Shown: positions 25,219 to 34,691 of the stretch, in pieces | Layout of the letters: each line of letters starts with the position of its first letter | Numbering within the stretch: the first letter of the stretch is position 1 | Source: Bacteroidota bacterium | Lineage (GTDB): Bacteria; Bacteroidota; Rhodothermia; Rhodothermales; JBCDJV01 | Direction: 5' to 3' | Length of the DNA: 64,000 nucleotides | Assembly (NCBI GenBank): GCA_038747425.1 | Contig: JBCDJV010000010.1 | Location: forward strand, 16,521-80,520 | The notes under the pieces: model-generated | Database searches by the model: none | The model's input: only the letters and a program-made list of their open reading frames with translations | Told to the model about the DNA's origin: nothing | Translations under genes and position numbers: made by a program

Positions 25219-26367
25219 ATGAACCCAGAACCGAGCTTAACGACCGCCCAGGTGCTTATGCTCTTGGGAGCCCTGCAAGGGCTGTTGCTGGCTGCGGCCA
25301 GCTTTTTCTGGAAGCACGATAATCGGATCGCGAATCGCCTCTTTGCCAGCATCATCCTGATCCTGGTCTGGATGATGGGGACCGTCGGCGTACGGGGCTT
25401 TGTGGGGGTGCCACCCGTGGGTGCGCCGTATGCGATCATCCACGCCTGGGGGGCCCTGGCGCTGTGCCTGGGGCCGTTGGTCTACGTGCACGTGCGCACC
25501 TCTGTGGACGCTAGCTACCTCTTCACCTGGAAACGGCTGGTGCATGCCCTTCCGGCGCTGATCCACCTGTCCCTGTTGCTGCCCCTGCCCTTTGTGGGCC
25601 CCGAGCTACGGGCCACGATGGTGGAGCGCTTCTTGGAGCTGGAGCTCTACCGCAGCCTCGTCCCCGGCATCCGCATCGGTTTCGTGGTGACCAGCCTGTA
25701 CGTCCTGGCCTCATTCGTGTGGATCCGCCGGTTCGAGCGGCACGTGACGGAGGTGGCCTCCTTCCAGGACGATCTGCGGGTCCGCTGGCTCAAGTGGTTC
25801 ACGGGCCTGCTGGTGGTCCTGCTGTTTCTCCTGGGCCTGTTCATCCTCCGCGAGTTGTATCGGGTCATGATCGCAGGGGCCCTGGCCTCGTTCATGAGTG
25901 CGCTCACCTTCATCGCGCTCGTGCGGCCCGAGGTGTTTCACGGCATCCCCACCGCCCTCAAGCTATCCGAGGCGGACCCCGAGGGCGAGAAGTACGAGGC
26001 CTCGCAGCTCGACGAGGAGCAGAAAGCCACCCACCTTCAGGCGCTCCTTCAGCACTTCGAGACGGAGCGGCCTTACCTCCAGCAGGAACTGACGCTGCGC
26101 GACGTGTCCAACCAGATCAACGTGCCGTACCGGTACGTCTCGCAGGTCGTCAATGAGAAACTGGACCGGCACTTCATGGACTTCGTCAACGGCTACCGCG
26201 TCGAGGCCGCTAAGCGGATGCTCCTCGACCCGGCATGGTCTCACCTCACCATCGACGGCATCGCGGGCGAGGCCGGGTTCAAGTCCCGGTCGGCGTTCTA
26301 CACGGCCTTCAAGAAGGTCACCGGCATGACCCCGGGCGCCTTTCGCAAGCAGGACGTCGTGGTGTAA
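25219..26367 (+). CDS. AraC-family transcriptional regulator with polytopic N-terminal membrane domain
   Basis: About 230 aa containing multiple hydrophobic helices, followed by a C-terminal HTH (LTLRDVSNQINVPYRYVSQV ... IAGEAGFKSRSAFYTAFKKVTGMTPGAFRK). Confidence 0.85.
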   Translation: MNPEPSLTTAQVLMLLGALQGLLLAAASFFWKHDNRIANRLFASIILILVWMMGTVGVRGFVGVPPVGAPYAIIHAWGALALCLGPLVYVHVRTSVDASYLFTWKRLVHALPALIHLSLLLPLPFVGPELRATMVERFLELELYRSLVPGIRIGFVVTSLYVLASFVWIRRFERHVTEVASFQDDLRVRWLKWFTGLLVVLLFLLGLFILRELYRVMIAGALASFMSALTFIALVRPEVFHGIPTALKLSEADPEGEKYEASQLDEEQKATHLQALLQHFETERPYLQQELTLRDVSNQINVPYRYVSQVVNEKLDRHFMDFVNGYRVEAAKRMLLDPAWSHLTIDGIAGEAGFKSRSAFYTAFKKVTGMTPGAFRKQDVVV

Positions 26368-26386
26368 ACACGGTCATTTATGGAGA

Positions 26387-26505
26387 TTCAGGGGGTGTTT
26401 TGTCTGGATACAGGAATCCAGACATCCGCATAAACCTCCATGGACATCTCGGTGGGCCTCCACGGTCATCTTTGCGGTCAGCGCCTCGTAGCGCCTCCCA
26501 CACCG
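26387..26505 (+). promoter_or_regulatory. 119-bp conserved leader/repeat, copy 1 (hairpin GTCTGGAT-ACAGGA-ATCCAGAC at 26402-26423)
   Basis: Collinear with 27830-27948 at identical spacing. Shares the core TGTTTTGT..GGATACAGGAATCC.GACATCCGC, a CATCTTTGC box and a GCGC.TCGTAG.GCGC box. Confidence 0.5.
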
Positions 26506-26564
26506 TCGCCCCCGGCGACCGGTTGGAGCGGCCCCGCGAGCCCCCAGCCGATGACCTGTTCACC

Positions 26565-27764
26565 ATGCCCCGACCAATCGAGACCATGACGTACCTCCCA
26601 TCTCGTTTCTATCATTCATCCGCTTCGTTCATCGTTCTCGTCGGCGCCCTGTTCGTCCTGATCCTGGCTGGTTGTAGCAGCTCGTCTGCGTTGGACGACG
26701 ACGAGGAGCCCGAGAACCCCGCCGCTGAGATCCTGACTACCGCAGAGGGCGTCGAGTACGTGCGCACGCCCGATGAACACTTCGCCAACCTGCCGGGCTT
26801 TCCCTACACCGCCCAGTACGTGGAGATCGACGGCCTGCGCCAGGCCTACGTAGAGGCCGGGCCTGCCGACGGCGAGGTGGTGCTCCTGCTGCACGGCCAG
26901 CCCAGTTGGTCGTACCTGTACCGCAAAATGATCCCTGTCTTGGCGGAGGCCGGCCACCGCGTCATCGCCATGGACCACGTCGGCATGGGGCAGTCTGACA
27001 AGCCCATCGACATCGACTACTACAGTTACCTGGGCCACATCGACCGGCTGGAGCGGTTCATCCAGGCGTTGGGCTTGCAGGACATCACGATGTTTGTCCA
27101 GGACTGGGGCAGCCTCATCGGGCTCCACGTGGCGGGTACCCATCCGGAGTGGTTTGCTCGCCTCGCGGTGGGGGACGGCATGCTGCCGGTCATTCCCGCC
27201 GGCGTGGTGCCCTTCCCACCGGTTCAGAACCCTGACGAGCTGGACGCCAGCCTCACAGCCCCCTTCCTGGGCATTCCGCCGCAGCAACCGGCGTTCTACG
27301 ACGGCTGCGAGCCACTGGGCGGTGGCGAGGGGTTTTTCGGCGACTGGATGGCGTACGCGATGAAGTCGCCTACGTTTACGGCTGGCGAGGTACTCGAAGC
27401 CTTGACGTTCTTCGATCTTCCGGATGAAGAGGAAGCCGCCTACGACGCCCCGTTCCCGTCGCGCCTCTACATGGCAGGGCCGCGCACCTTCCCCTCGCTG
27501 ATCAACGACGTCCCGGGGCAGAACGACGACGCCTGGGCCGGGCTGGGCAGCTACGAGAAGCCTTTCATCACGATCTGGGCCACGAACGACCCCGGCAACC
27601 TGGGTGGCTGCGAAGTGCAGCAGGCCCTCATCGACCACGTGCCGGGCGCGGAGGCACAAGCGCACGTCCGCCTCCCGGAGTCCAGCCACTTCCTGCAGGA
27701 CGACCAGGGCGAGGAGATCGCTCAGCGGCTGAACGCCTTCATCGACGCCAACCCGCGGCCCTGA
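26565..27764 (+). CDS. haloalkane-dehalogenase-like alpha/beta hydrolase (HLD-I/DhlA-like), lipoprotein
   Basis: HGQPSWSYLYRKMIPVLAEAGHRVIAMDHVGMGQSDKP and the nucleophile elbow VQDWGS closely resemble DhlA. Lipobox LILAGC. ATG 26586 is an alternative start. Confidence 0.85.
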   Translation: MPRPIETMTYLPSRFYHSSASFIVLVGALFVLILAGCSSSSALDDDEEPENPAAEILTTAEGVEYVRTPDEHFANLPGFPYTAQYVEIDGLRQAYVEAGPADGEVVLLLHGQPSWSYLYRKMIPVLAEAGHRVIAMDHVGMGQSDKPIDIDYYSYLGHIDRLERFIQALGLQDITMFVQDWGSLIGLHVAGTHPEWFARLAVGDGMLPVIPAGVVPFPPVQNPDELDASLTAPFLGIPPQQPAFYDGCEPLGGGEGFFGDWMAYAMKSPTFTAGEVLEALTFFDLPDEEEAAYDAPFPSRLYMAGPRTFPSLINDVPGQNDDAWAGLGSYEKPFITIWATNDPGNLGGCEVQQALIDHVPGAEAQAHVRLPESSHFLQDDQGEEIAQRLNAFIDANPRP

Positions 27765-27829
27765 CCCGGCCGCTCATCGCGGGTGCGAGGGCGTGAGGCC
27801 GAGGGCTTCAGGTGGCGACCAGGGGCTGT

Positions 27830-27948
27830 TTCAGGGCTGTTTTGTGCGGATACAGGAATCCGGACATCCGCCTACCGCCGCCCGGACACATCCACCGGCT
27901 TGCGTCCCCATCTTTGCACCCGTTGCGCTCGTAGGGCGCTCCACACGA
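27830..27948 (+). promoter_or_regulatory. 119-bp conserved leader/repeat, copy 2 (hairpin GTGCGGAT-ACAGGA-ATCCGGAC at 27844-27865)
   Basis: See copy 1. Ends 25 nt before ATG 27973. Confidence 0.5.
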
Positions 27949-27972
27949 CCTAGCACCAACCGACCTAGACCC

Positions 27973-28413
27973 ATGCTTTCGATGTTCTACCCGGTTTCCG
28001 GCCGCCTCTCCCTTGCTCTCCTCCTTCTGTTCGTGGCCGCCCCGCTGTACGCCCAGCCGACCCCCTCCGACGACGAGGTCCAGGCGCGCATGCAGGCGCA
28101 GGTGGAGGCCTCGCTGGAACGCCTGGACCTCACCGAGGCCCAACGCCCGCTGGTACGGCCCATCCTGGAAGCGACCTTCGCGGAGCGCCTGGCGGTGATG
28201 AAGGCCCACGGCCTCGACCCCGCCACGATGAACGCCGACAACCGGCCCGGACGCCGCACCTTGCGGCGGCTCAGCAAGGACATGAACCGGGTTCGCAAAG
28301 AGACCGACGCTCAACTCCGCGAAGTGCTGACGCCCGACCAGATGGAGACCTGGCACACACTGGAGGAGGAGCGCCAGGCGCAGACGCGGGCACAGATGCG
28401 GGGCCGCGGCTAG
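27973..28413 (+). CDS. periplasmic LTXXQ-motif protein (Spy/CpxP-like)
   Basis: Signal peptide LALLLLFVAAPLYAQ. Two LTxxQ motifs (LDLTEAQ, VLTPDQ). Helical, charged, 146 aa. Confidence 0.7.
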   Translation: MLSMFYPVSGRLSLALLLLFVAAPLYAQPTPSDDEVQARMQAQVEASLERLDLTEAQRPLVRPILEATFAERLAVMKAHGLDPATMNADNRPGRRTLRRLSKDMNRVRKETDAQLREVLTPDQMETWHTLEEERQAQTRAQMRGRG

Positions 28414-28426
28414 CCCGCCCCGCTTT

Positions 28427-28611
28427 AGAGGCTGTCTGGTACGTCAATGTGGGGCTGCGCGCGGCGCTTTTCCGGGCATCGCCCCCCCGCTGCCCTCGCC
28501 TTCCGGCTCGGTTTTTTGGCCCGTAGCGCTGCTACGAGCCAAAAAAGTCGTGGGCTGCTGCCCGCAAAATCACTCACGCTCGCCTATCACCTGACGTACC
28601 AGACAGCCTCT
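28427..28611. repeat. family A inverted-repeat element (185 bp) with perfect 20-bp TIR
   Basis: AGAGGCTGTCTGGTACGTCA (28427-28446) and TGACGTACCAGACAGCCTCT (28592-28611). An internal secondary hairpin TTTTTTGGC-C-CGTAGC/GCTACG-A-GCCAAAAAA lies around 28513-28549. Confidence 0.8.
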
Positions 28612-28630
28612 TACACAAACACACACCGTC

Positions 28631-30079
28631 ATGACCGACTCCACCTTCCCTTCCTGGACGTGCCTTGGGGCCCTGGGCCTGCTCGTGGCCGTGCTCCTGA
28701 GTGGGTGCTCGTTCGCCCCTCGCCTCCAGACGCCATCCGCCGAGGTGGCATTACCCGCCCAGTTCGAGACAGCGCCGGCGGATACCCTGCGCCCGATGAC
28801 GCGCTGGTGGTCGGTCTACAACGAGCCCGTGCTGGAGCGGCTGGTGGACACCACCTTGGCCCGCAACCTGGACCTGCGCGTGGCCGCGGCCCGCGTCGTC
28901 GAGGTGCAGAACCAGTATCGGATCGCCCGGTCGGAGCAGTATCCGAGCCTGGGGATTGGCGGCGATGTGACGCGGACCAGCACCCCCTCCAATGTCGGCT
29001 TCACGTCTGACGTGCCGGGCCTGCCGGATCGCTTCGACGATGAAATCTACACGCTGTCTGGCACGCTGTCCTTCGAGCGCGACCTCTGGGGCCGGATCCG
29101 CAGCCAGAAGAACGCGGCGCTCCATGAGTTCTACGCCACGCAGGAAGACTACCGGTCCATCCAGATCGGGGTCCTCTCCGAGGCCATTGCCACCTACTTC
29201 GAGCTGCTCGATCTGGAGGAGCAGCTGCGGCTTACGGAGGACAACGTGCTGCTGCTTCAGGAGCGCGTAGAGCGGACCGAGGAGCGCTACGCTCGGGGCC
29301 TGGTCTCCTCCTTCGAGCTGTACTCGCTCCGGCAGGAGTTCGAGAACACCCGGACCAACATCCCCCTGCTCGAAGCCAACCTGACCGATGCCGAGGGGCG
29401 CCTGGGGATCGTCCTGGGCCTCTACCCGGCGGAAGCCCGGGCGCTCCTCGACGACACCCGCATGCCCGACCTGGCACTGACCCCGATTCCGGCGGGCCTG
29501 CCGGCGGACCTGCTGCGCGAGCGCCCCGATGTGGCGGCCTCGATGCAACGTCTGGAGGCGGCCCGGCAGAGCGTCGGAGCAGCCAAGGCCAGCCTCTTCC
29601 CGTCGATCACGCTCACGACCTCCGGCGGTCTTCAGAGTGGCGAGCTGACCGCGCTGGTCAACACGAGTCAGTACTTCACGAGCATGGCCACCTCCTTGGC
29701 GGCGCCGTTGTTCCAAGGCGGCGCGTTGCGCGCCCAGGTGCGCGTGAGCGAGGCCCAGTATGAGCAGGCCATCGCCAGCTACGAGAAGACGCTGCGCGTG
29801 GCCTTCAAAGAGGTTGAGGTCACGCTGGCCACCTACCAGAAGCAGCAAGAGCGGTACACCATCCTGCTGGACGAGCGGGCCTATGCCGAGGCCTCGGTGC
29901 AGACCCAGGAGGAGCGGTTTCGGAGCGGCGTCGGGGACTACCTGGCCTACCTGGACGCCCGGCGTAACCTGGTCCGGGTGCAGACCTCCCTCTCCGGCGC
30001 CGCGCGCTCGGTGACCGACGCCCGCCTGGCCGTGCATCGCGCCCTGGGCGGAGCCTGGGTCGAGGCGCCGGCAAGCTGA
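28631..30079 (+). CDS. RND efflux outer-membrane factor lipoprotein (NodT/TolC family)
   Basis: Lipobox LLSGCS. WWSVYNEPVLERLVDTTLARNLDLRVAAARV and the duplicated TolC-type repeat architecture. 482 aa. Confidence 0.9.
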   Translation: MTDSTFPSWTCLGALGLLVAVLLSGCSFAPRLQTPSAEVALPAQFETAPADTLRPMTRWWSVYNEPVLERLVDTTLARNLDLRVAAARVVEVQNQYRIARSEQYPSLGIGGDVTRTSTPSNVGFTSDVPGLPDRFDDEIYTLSGTLSFERDLWGRIRSQKNAALHEFYATQEDYRSIQIGVLSEAIATYFELLDLEEQLRLTEDNVLLLQERVERTEERYARGLVSSFELYSLRQEFENTRTNIPLLEANLTDAEGRLGIVLGLYPAEARALLDDTRMPDLALTPIPAGLPADLLRERPDVAASMQRLEAARQSVGAAKASLFPSITLTTSGGLQSGELTALVNTSQYFTSMATSLAAPLFQGGALRAQVRVSEAQYEQAIASYEKTLRVAFKEVEVTLATYQKQQERYTILLDERAYAEASVQTQEERFRSGVGDYLAYLDARRNLVRVQTSLSGAARSVTDARLAVHRALGGAWVEAPAS

Positions 30080-30117
30080 GGCTCCGTGCATCCATCACGC
30101 ATAACCACCACCCGACC

Positions 30118-31287
30118 ATGAAGAAGCACCTGACCTCTACCCTGCCCATCGTGGCCATCGTGCTGAGCGGCCTCGCCGTGACGGCCCTGCTCTTCGCGTT
30201 CAGCCCTGTGCCCCCTCGCGAGACGCCCCCGGACCGGACTCCGCTCGTCCAGGTGGCGACCTTCACCGCCCACGCTGGGTCGATACCCGTCACCGGGACC
30301 GGCACGGTGCACCCCACGCGCGAGATCCAACTCTCCGCCGAGGTGGGGGGACGTCTGGTATCCGTCTCCCCAGCGTTGGTCACGGGCGGGGCGTTGCGGG
30401 CTGGGGAGATCGTGGCCACCGTGGACCCCAGCGACTATGAAAACGCGGTGGCGGTGGCCGAGGCTCAGGTGACCCTGCGTCAGTTCGAGGTGCTGCAGGC
30501 CCAGGAGGAGGTGCAGGTGGCCCAGGCGGAGTGGACGCGGCTCGGCACGCTGACCGGCCAGGACGCGGCCCCGGACTCCACAGCCCTGGGGCGCCTGGCG
30601 TTTCGGGAGCCTCAGCTTCGGCTGGCCGAAGCGAACCTGCGGAGTGCCGAGGCCCAGCTGGACGATGCCCAGGTCCGCCTGGCCCGGACGCAGATCAAAG
30701 CCCCGTTCAGTGGCCGCGTCCGCACCAAACACGTGGACCTGGGGCAGTATGTAGGACCCGGCCAAGCGGTGGCCTCGGTCTATGCCACGGACGAAGCCGA
30801 GGTCATTGTCCCGCTCAGTGGCCGCGAGGCCGCCTTGATTGAAGGGTTGTGGACGCCCGGGGCTTCTGCCCGCCGGATGCCCGCCACCGTGTCGACCGGC
30901 GCCGCCATGTGGGACGGGTACGTCCACCGCGTAGACGGCGCCATCGACCCCGCCACGCGGCAGGTGCACGTGATCGTCCGCGTGCCGCAGCCGTACGTGG
31001 CCACCGCTGACCGTGCGCCGCTGCTGGTGGGCACCTTCACGGAGGTCACCATCCCTGGACAAACCCTGGATCGCTACTTCGACTTACCGCGCGCCAGCCT
31101 GCGCGAGGGAGACCAGGTCTGGACGGTGGTCAACGGTCAGCTGCGGATGCACCCCGTGACCGTGGTGCAGGAAGTGAACGACCGTGTGCTGGTCACAGCC
31201 CCGGACCTCCCTGACGAGGTGTCCCTTGTGGTGAACAACCTCCCCGTGGTCACGGACGGCATGGCGGTCCGCCTGGCCGCCCGGTAA
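30118..31287 (+). CDS. RND efflux periplasmic adaptor (membrane fusion protein, HlyD family)
   Basis: N-terminal TM anchor, a coiled-coil hairpin (AEAQVTLRQFEVLQAQEE ... ANLRSAEAQLDDAQVRLARTQIKAPFSG) and beta-barrel domains. Confidence 0.9.
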   Translation: MKKHLTSTLPIVAIVLSGLAVTALLFAFSPVPPRETPPDRTPLVQVATFTAHAGSIPVTGTGTVHPTREIQLSAEVGGRLVSVSPALVTGGALRAGEIVATVDPSDYENAVAVAEAQVTLRQFEVLQAQEEVQVAQAEWTRLGTLTGQDAAPDSTALGRLAFREPQLRLAEANLRSAEAQLDDAQVRLARTQIKAPFSGRVRTKHVDLGQYVGPGQAVASVYATDEAEVIVPLSGREAALIEGLWTPGASARRMPATVSTGAAMWDGYVHRVDGAIDPATRQVHVIVRVPQPYVATADRAPLLVGTFTEVTIPGQTLDRYFDLPRASLREGDQVWTVVNGQLRMHPVTVVQEVNDRVLVTAPDLPDEVSLVVNNLPVVTDGMAVRLAAR

Positions 31288-31362
31288 ACCCCGCCCATCC
31301 TCTCTCACGAGCAGCCGCGCGGCCCCACACCGGCTGCGCTGCGCCTTTCACGCCCAACCACC

Positions 31363-34300
31363 ATGACCCACCTCATCCGCTGGATGGCCACGAACCGAGT
31401 AGCGGCCAATCTGCTGATGCTGACCCTGCTCTGCGTCGGGCTGGCCAGTGTCTTCGGTGTCAAGCAGCAAACGTTTCCAGACATCACCCTTGATGCCGTT
31501 CAGGTGCGGGTCGAGTACCCCGGGGCCACGCCTGAAGAGGTGGAAGCATCGGTCGTGCAGCGGGTGGAGGACCGGATCGAAGGCATCGAGGGGATCGACC
31601 AGATCACGTCGGTGGCGTCCGAGAACGTGGGGACCGTCACGGCCGAGCTCCAGCGTGGCGCGGAGACGACCCGGGTGCTTGAAGACATCAAGGCCGAAGT
31701 GGACCGCATCACCACGTTTCCCGCCGAAGCGGAGAAGCCCGAGGTGCGCGCGCTGGTAGCCCCGAGCGGGGTGTTGAAGATCGCCCTCTACGGCGAGGCC
31801 CCGGAGCGAACCCTGAAGGAGCTGGCCGAACGCGTCAAAGATGACCTGACGGCGACGGACGAGATCTCGCTGGTCGAGGTACAGGGGGCTCGTCCCTATG
31901 AAGTGTCTATCGAGGTCAGCGAAGCCACGCTCCAGGCGTACAACCTGACGCTGCTGGACGTGGCCACCACGGTACGCCGCGCCAGCCTCGACCTACCAGG
32001 CGGGAGCGTGGAGACCTCCGGCGAGGACATCTTGATTCGTACCAAGGCGCAGAACTACTCCCAGCAAGACTTTGAGGAGATCCTCCTCGTCAGCCGTTCC
32101 GACGGCACCCAAATCCGCCTGGGCGACGTGGCCACGGTGAAGGACGCGTTCCAGGATACGGACCGATTGACTCGGTTCAACGGCCAGGCCGCCGTGTTCG
32201 TCCACGTCAGCCGGACCGGCGACGAGCGGACGCTGGACGTGGCGGATCGGGTCCGCACCTACCTGGAGGAGGACCTGGCTCCGGTCTTACCCGCCGGTTT
32301 GTCGTACGGCATCTGGCAGGACGAGTCCCAGGTGCTCGGGAGCCGCATCAGCCTGCTGATGCGCAACGGGCTGCAAGGCCTGATCCTGGTGGTCTTCGCC
32401 CTGATGCTGTTTTTGAACACCCGCCTGGCGCTGTGGACGTCGGTCGGCCTCTTCATCTCGTTCATGGGCACCTTTGGCCTCATGGTATGGCTCGACGTGT
32501 CGGTGAATATGCTCTCCCTGTTTGGCTTCATCCTGGCCATCGGCATTGTCGTGGACGATGCCATCGTGGTGGGGGAGAACATCGTGGCCGAAGGGGAGCG
32601 CGGGGCGACGCCCCTGGCGGCGGCCATCCAGGGGACCAGCCGCGTGGCCGCGCCGGTGACGTTCGCGGTGCTCACCACGATGGCCGCCTTCACCCCCCTC
32701 CTGCTGGTGCCGGGGACCATGGGCAAGCTGGTGCGCGATGTGCCGACCATTGTCATCGGGGTGCTGGTGCTCTCGCTCATTGAGGTATTTTTCATCTTGC
32801 CCAAGCACCTGAGCCATGCCACCCGCTCTCCACGCGGCCCACTTGGGCAGGGCTTGAGCCGCGCCCAGGCAGCCGTGACACGGGGACTGCACCGCTTCGT
32901 GAACGGACCGCTCGAACGCAGCGTGCGGTTCAGCGTGCAGCGCTACGGCCTCGTGCTCGCCACGGCGGTGGCCCTCCTGACGATCAGCTTGGGCGTGGTG
33001 CTCAGCGGACACATCAAGTTCAGCTTCTTTCCCCAGATCGAGGGGGATGCGGTCCGGGCGCAGATCGAACTCGCCCCCGGCTCCCCGGTCGCCCAAACCC
33101 AGGCGGTGACGGCGAGGGTCGAAGCGGCCGGCCAGGAAGTGGCTGGGCGCCTCCAGGAGACGCTCGCAGCCGATCATCCGCCCCTGATCAAGAACGTCTT
33201 TGTCCGCATCGGCGAAGCGTCCTCACAGGGAGGAGGGGCCGCCGCAGGTTCTGGGCAGGCGCACATGGCTGAGGTGAGCATTGAACTGGTGGGGGCCGAA
33301 GAGCGTGGGGTGTCCTCCCGCGTGTTTGAAGAGGCGTGGCGGGCCGAGCTGGGGGAGATCCCCGAGGCCCGCAGGCTGACTATCGCCTCGGAGGCGGTCC
33401 AGTTTGGGTCGCCTGTGGAAGTCGAGCTCTCAGCCGACGACCCGGCGGTGCTCCGGGCCGGGGTGGAGGCCTTGAAGACCGAGCTGCGGACGTTCACAGG
33501 CGTCCTCGACGTGGCAGACGACCAGGAAGGCGGCAAGCGTGAGCTCCAGCTCGACCTGCGGCCGCACGCCCGGGCCTTGGGCCTCACCGTGGAGGACCTG
33601 GCCCGGCAGGTCCGGGCGGCCTACTTTGGAGAGGAGGCGCTGCGCGTGCAGCGTGGGTCTGAGGAGGTGCGCGTCTACGTGCGCCTGCCCGAGGACGAGC
33701 GCGATGCCTTAGGCGACCTCAATCAGTACCGCATCCGAACGCCACAGGGCGGGGCCGTGCCGCTCTACGAGGTGGCCACAGTAGACGTGGGGACAGGCCC
33801 GGCGTCCGTCAAGCGCCGGCACGGACGTAGTGTGGTGGCCGTCACGGCCAACGTGGACGCCGCCGTCGTCACCGGTAGCGAGGTCACGGCCAAGCTCACC
33901 GCAGACGTGATCCCACAGCTTCAGGACACGTACCCGGGCTTGGTGGTGCGCATCGAAGGCGAGCAGCGCGAGCAGACCGAGACGTTGGGCGCGCTGGCGG
34001 TCTCGTTCTCGCTGGCTCTGTTCCTCATCTACGTGCTGCTGGCCATACCTCTCGGGAGCTACGTGCAGCCCTTCATCATCATGGCCGCCGTCCCGTTCGG
34101 AATCATCGGGGCCTTGATCGGGCATCTCCTGTTTGGCTTGCAGCTCGGGATGATGAGCATCTTTGGTCTGATTGGGCTGAGTGGGGTGGTCATCAACGAC
34201 TCACTCGTGCTGGTGGACTTTATCAATGAGAAGCGCCGGGAGGGCCTGCCTATGACCGAGGCCATCGTTCAGGGCACCAAGGTCCGGTTCCGGCCGATCC

Positions 34301-34554
34301 TGCTGACCACGGTGACCACCTTCCTGGGCATCCTGCCCCTCATCCTCGAGCGCAGCGTGCAGGCCCAGTTTCTGATTCCGATGGCCGTGAGTCTTGGCTT
34401 CGGCATCCTGTTCACCACTGTCGTCATCCTGATGCTGGTCCCGGCGCTAGCCACCCTGCAGCATGACCTCGTGGGGGCCATCCAGGGCACCCGAGCCACC
34501 ACCGCCACACCCGCGTTGAAGACGCATGAGCGCGCGGACGCGGTGGCTTCATAG
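31363..34554 (+). CDS. RND efflux permease (AcrB/CzcA-type)
   Basis: 1063 aa with the 12-TM architecture and two large periplasmic loops. Contains LAIGIVVDDAIVVGENI and SGVVINDSLVLVDFI. Confidence 0.95.
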   Translation: MTHLIRWMATNRVAANLLMLTLLCVGLASVFGVKQQTFPDITLDAVQVRVEYPGATPEEVEASVVQRVEDRIEGIEGIDQITSVASENVGTVTAELQRGAETTRVLEDIKAEVDRITTFPAEAEKPEVRALVAPSGVLKIALYGEAPERTLKELAERVKDDLTATDEISLVEVQGARPYEVSIEVSEATLQAYNLTLLDVATTVRRASLDLPGGSVETSGEDILIRTKAQNYSQQDFEEILLVSRSDGTQIRLGDVATVKDAFQDTDRLTRFNGQAAVFVHVSRTGDERTLDVADRVRTYLEEDLAPVLPAGLSYGIWQDESQVLGSRISLLMRNGLQGLILVVFALMLFLNTRLALWTSVGLFISFMGTFGLMVWLDVSVNMLSLFGFILAIGIVVDDAIVVGENIVAEGERGATPLAAAIQGTSRVAAPVTFAVLTTMAAFTPLLLVPGTMGKLVRDVPTIVIGVLVLSLIEVFFILPKHLSHATRSPRGPLGQGLSRAQAAVTRGLHRFVNGPLERSVRFSVQRYGLVLATAVALLTISLGVVLSGHIKFSFFPQIEGDAVRAQIELAPGSPVAQTQAVTARVEAAGQEVAGRLQETLAADHPPLIKNVFVRIGEASSQGGGAAAGSGQAHMAEVSIELVGAEERGVSSRVFEEAWRAELGEIPEARRLTIASEAVQFGSPVEVELSADDPAVLRAGVEALKTELRTFTGVLDVADDQEGGKRELQLDLRPHARALGLTVEDLARQVRAAYFGEEALRVQRGSEEVRVYVRLPEDERDALGDLNQYRIRTPQGGAVPLYEVATVDVGTGPASVKRRHGRSVVAVTANVDAAVVTGSEVTAKLTADVIPQLQDTYPGLVVRIEGEQREQTETLGALAVSFSLALFLIYVLLAIPLGSYVQPFIIMAAVPFGIIGALIGHLLFGLQLGMMSIFGLIGLSGVVINDSLVLVDFINEKRREGLPMTEAIVQGTKVRFRPILLTTVTTFLGILPLILERSVQAQFLIPMAVSLGFGILFTTVVILMLVPALATLQHDLVGAIQGTRATTATPALKTHERADAVAS

Positions 34555-34691
34555 GTCGAGCCCACCTGATGCGTTCCAGGCTAGGAGCACGGGAAGGCGG
34601 GGCCCTCCTCTGTGCCGGGGAAGCTCTTTGCGGAAACAGCGTTAGGGGTGCCCCGTAGAGGCTCTCCTGCCTTGATTGCCCGTTGCCTCGT

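Noticed and set aside
4541-27764. A functional link between the type II haloacid dehalogenase (4541-5236) and the haloalkane-dehalogenase-like hydrolase (26565-27764) as a haloalkane degradation pathway.
   Set aside because: The genes are 21 kb apart, on opposite strands and in unrelated operon contexts. Both families have many non-dehalogenating members. There is no support for a pathway from sequence alone.
34566-34683. Possible degenerate family B-like element downstream of the RND pump gene (GATGCGTTCCAGG ... TAGAGGCTCTCCTGCCTTGATTGCCCG).
   Set aside because: Only short motif fragments match (AGAGGCT, CCTTGATTGC). The terminal repeats are poor and the core does not align convincingly. 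Not reported as a feature.
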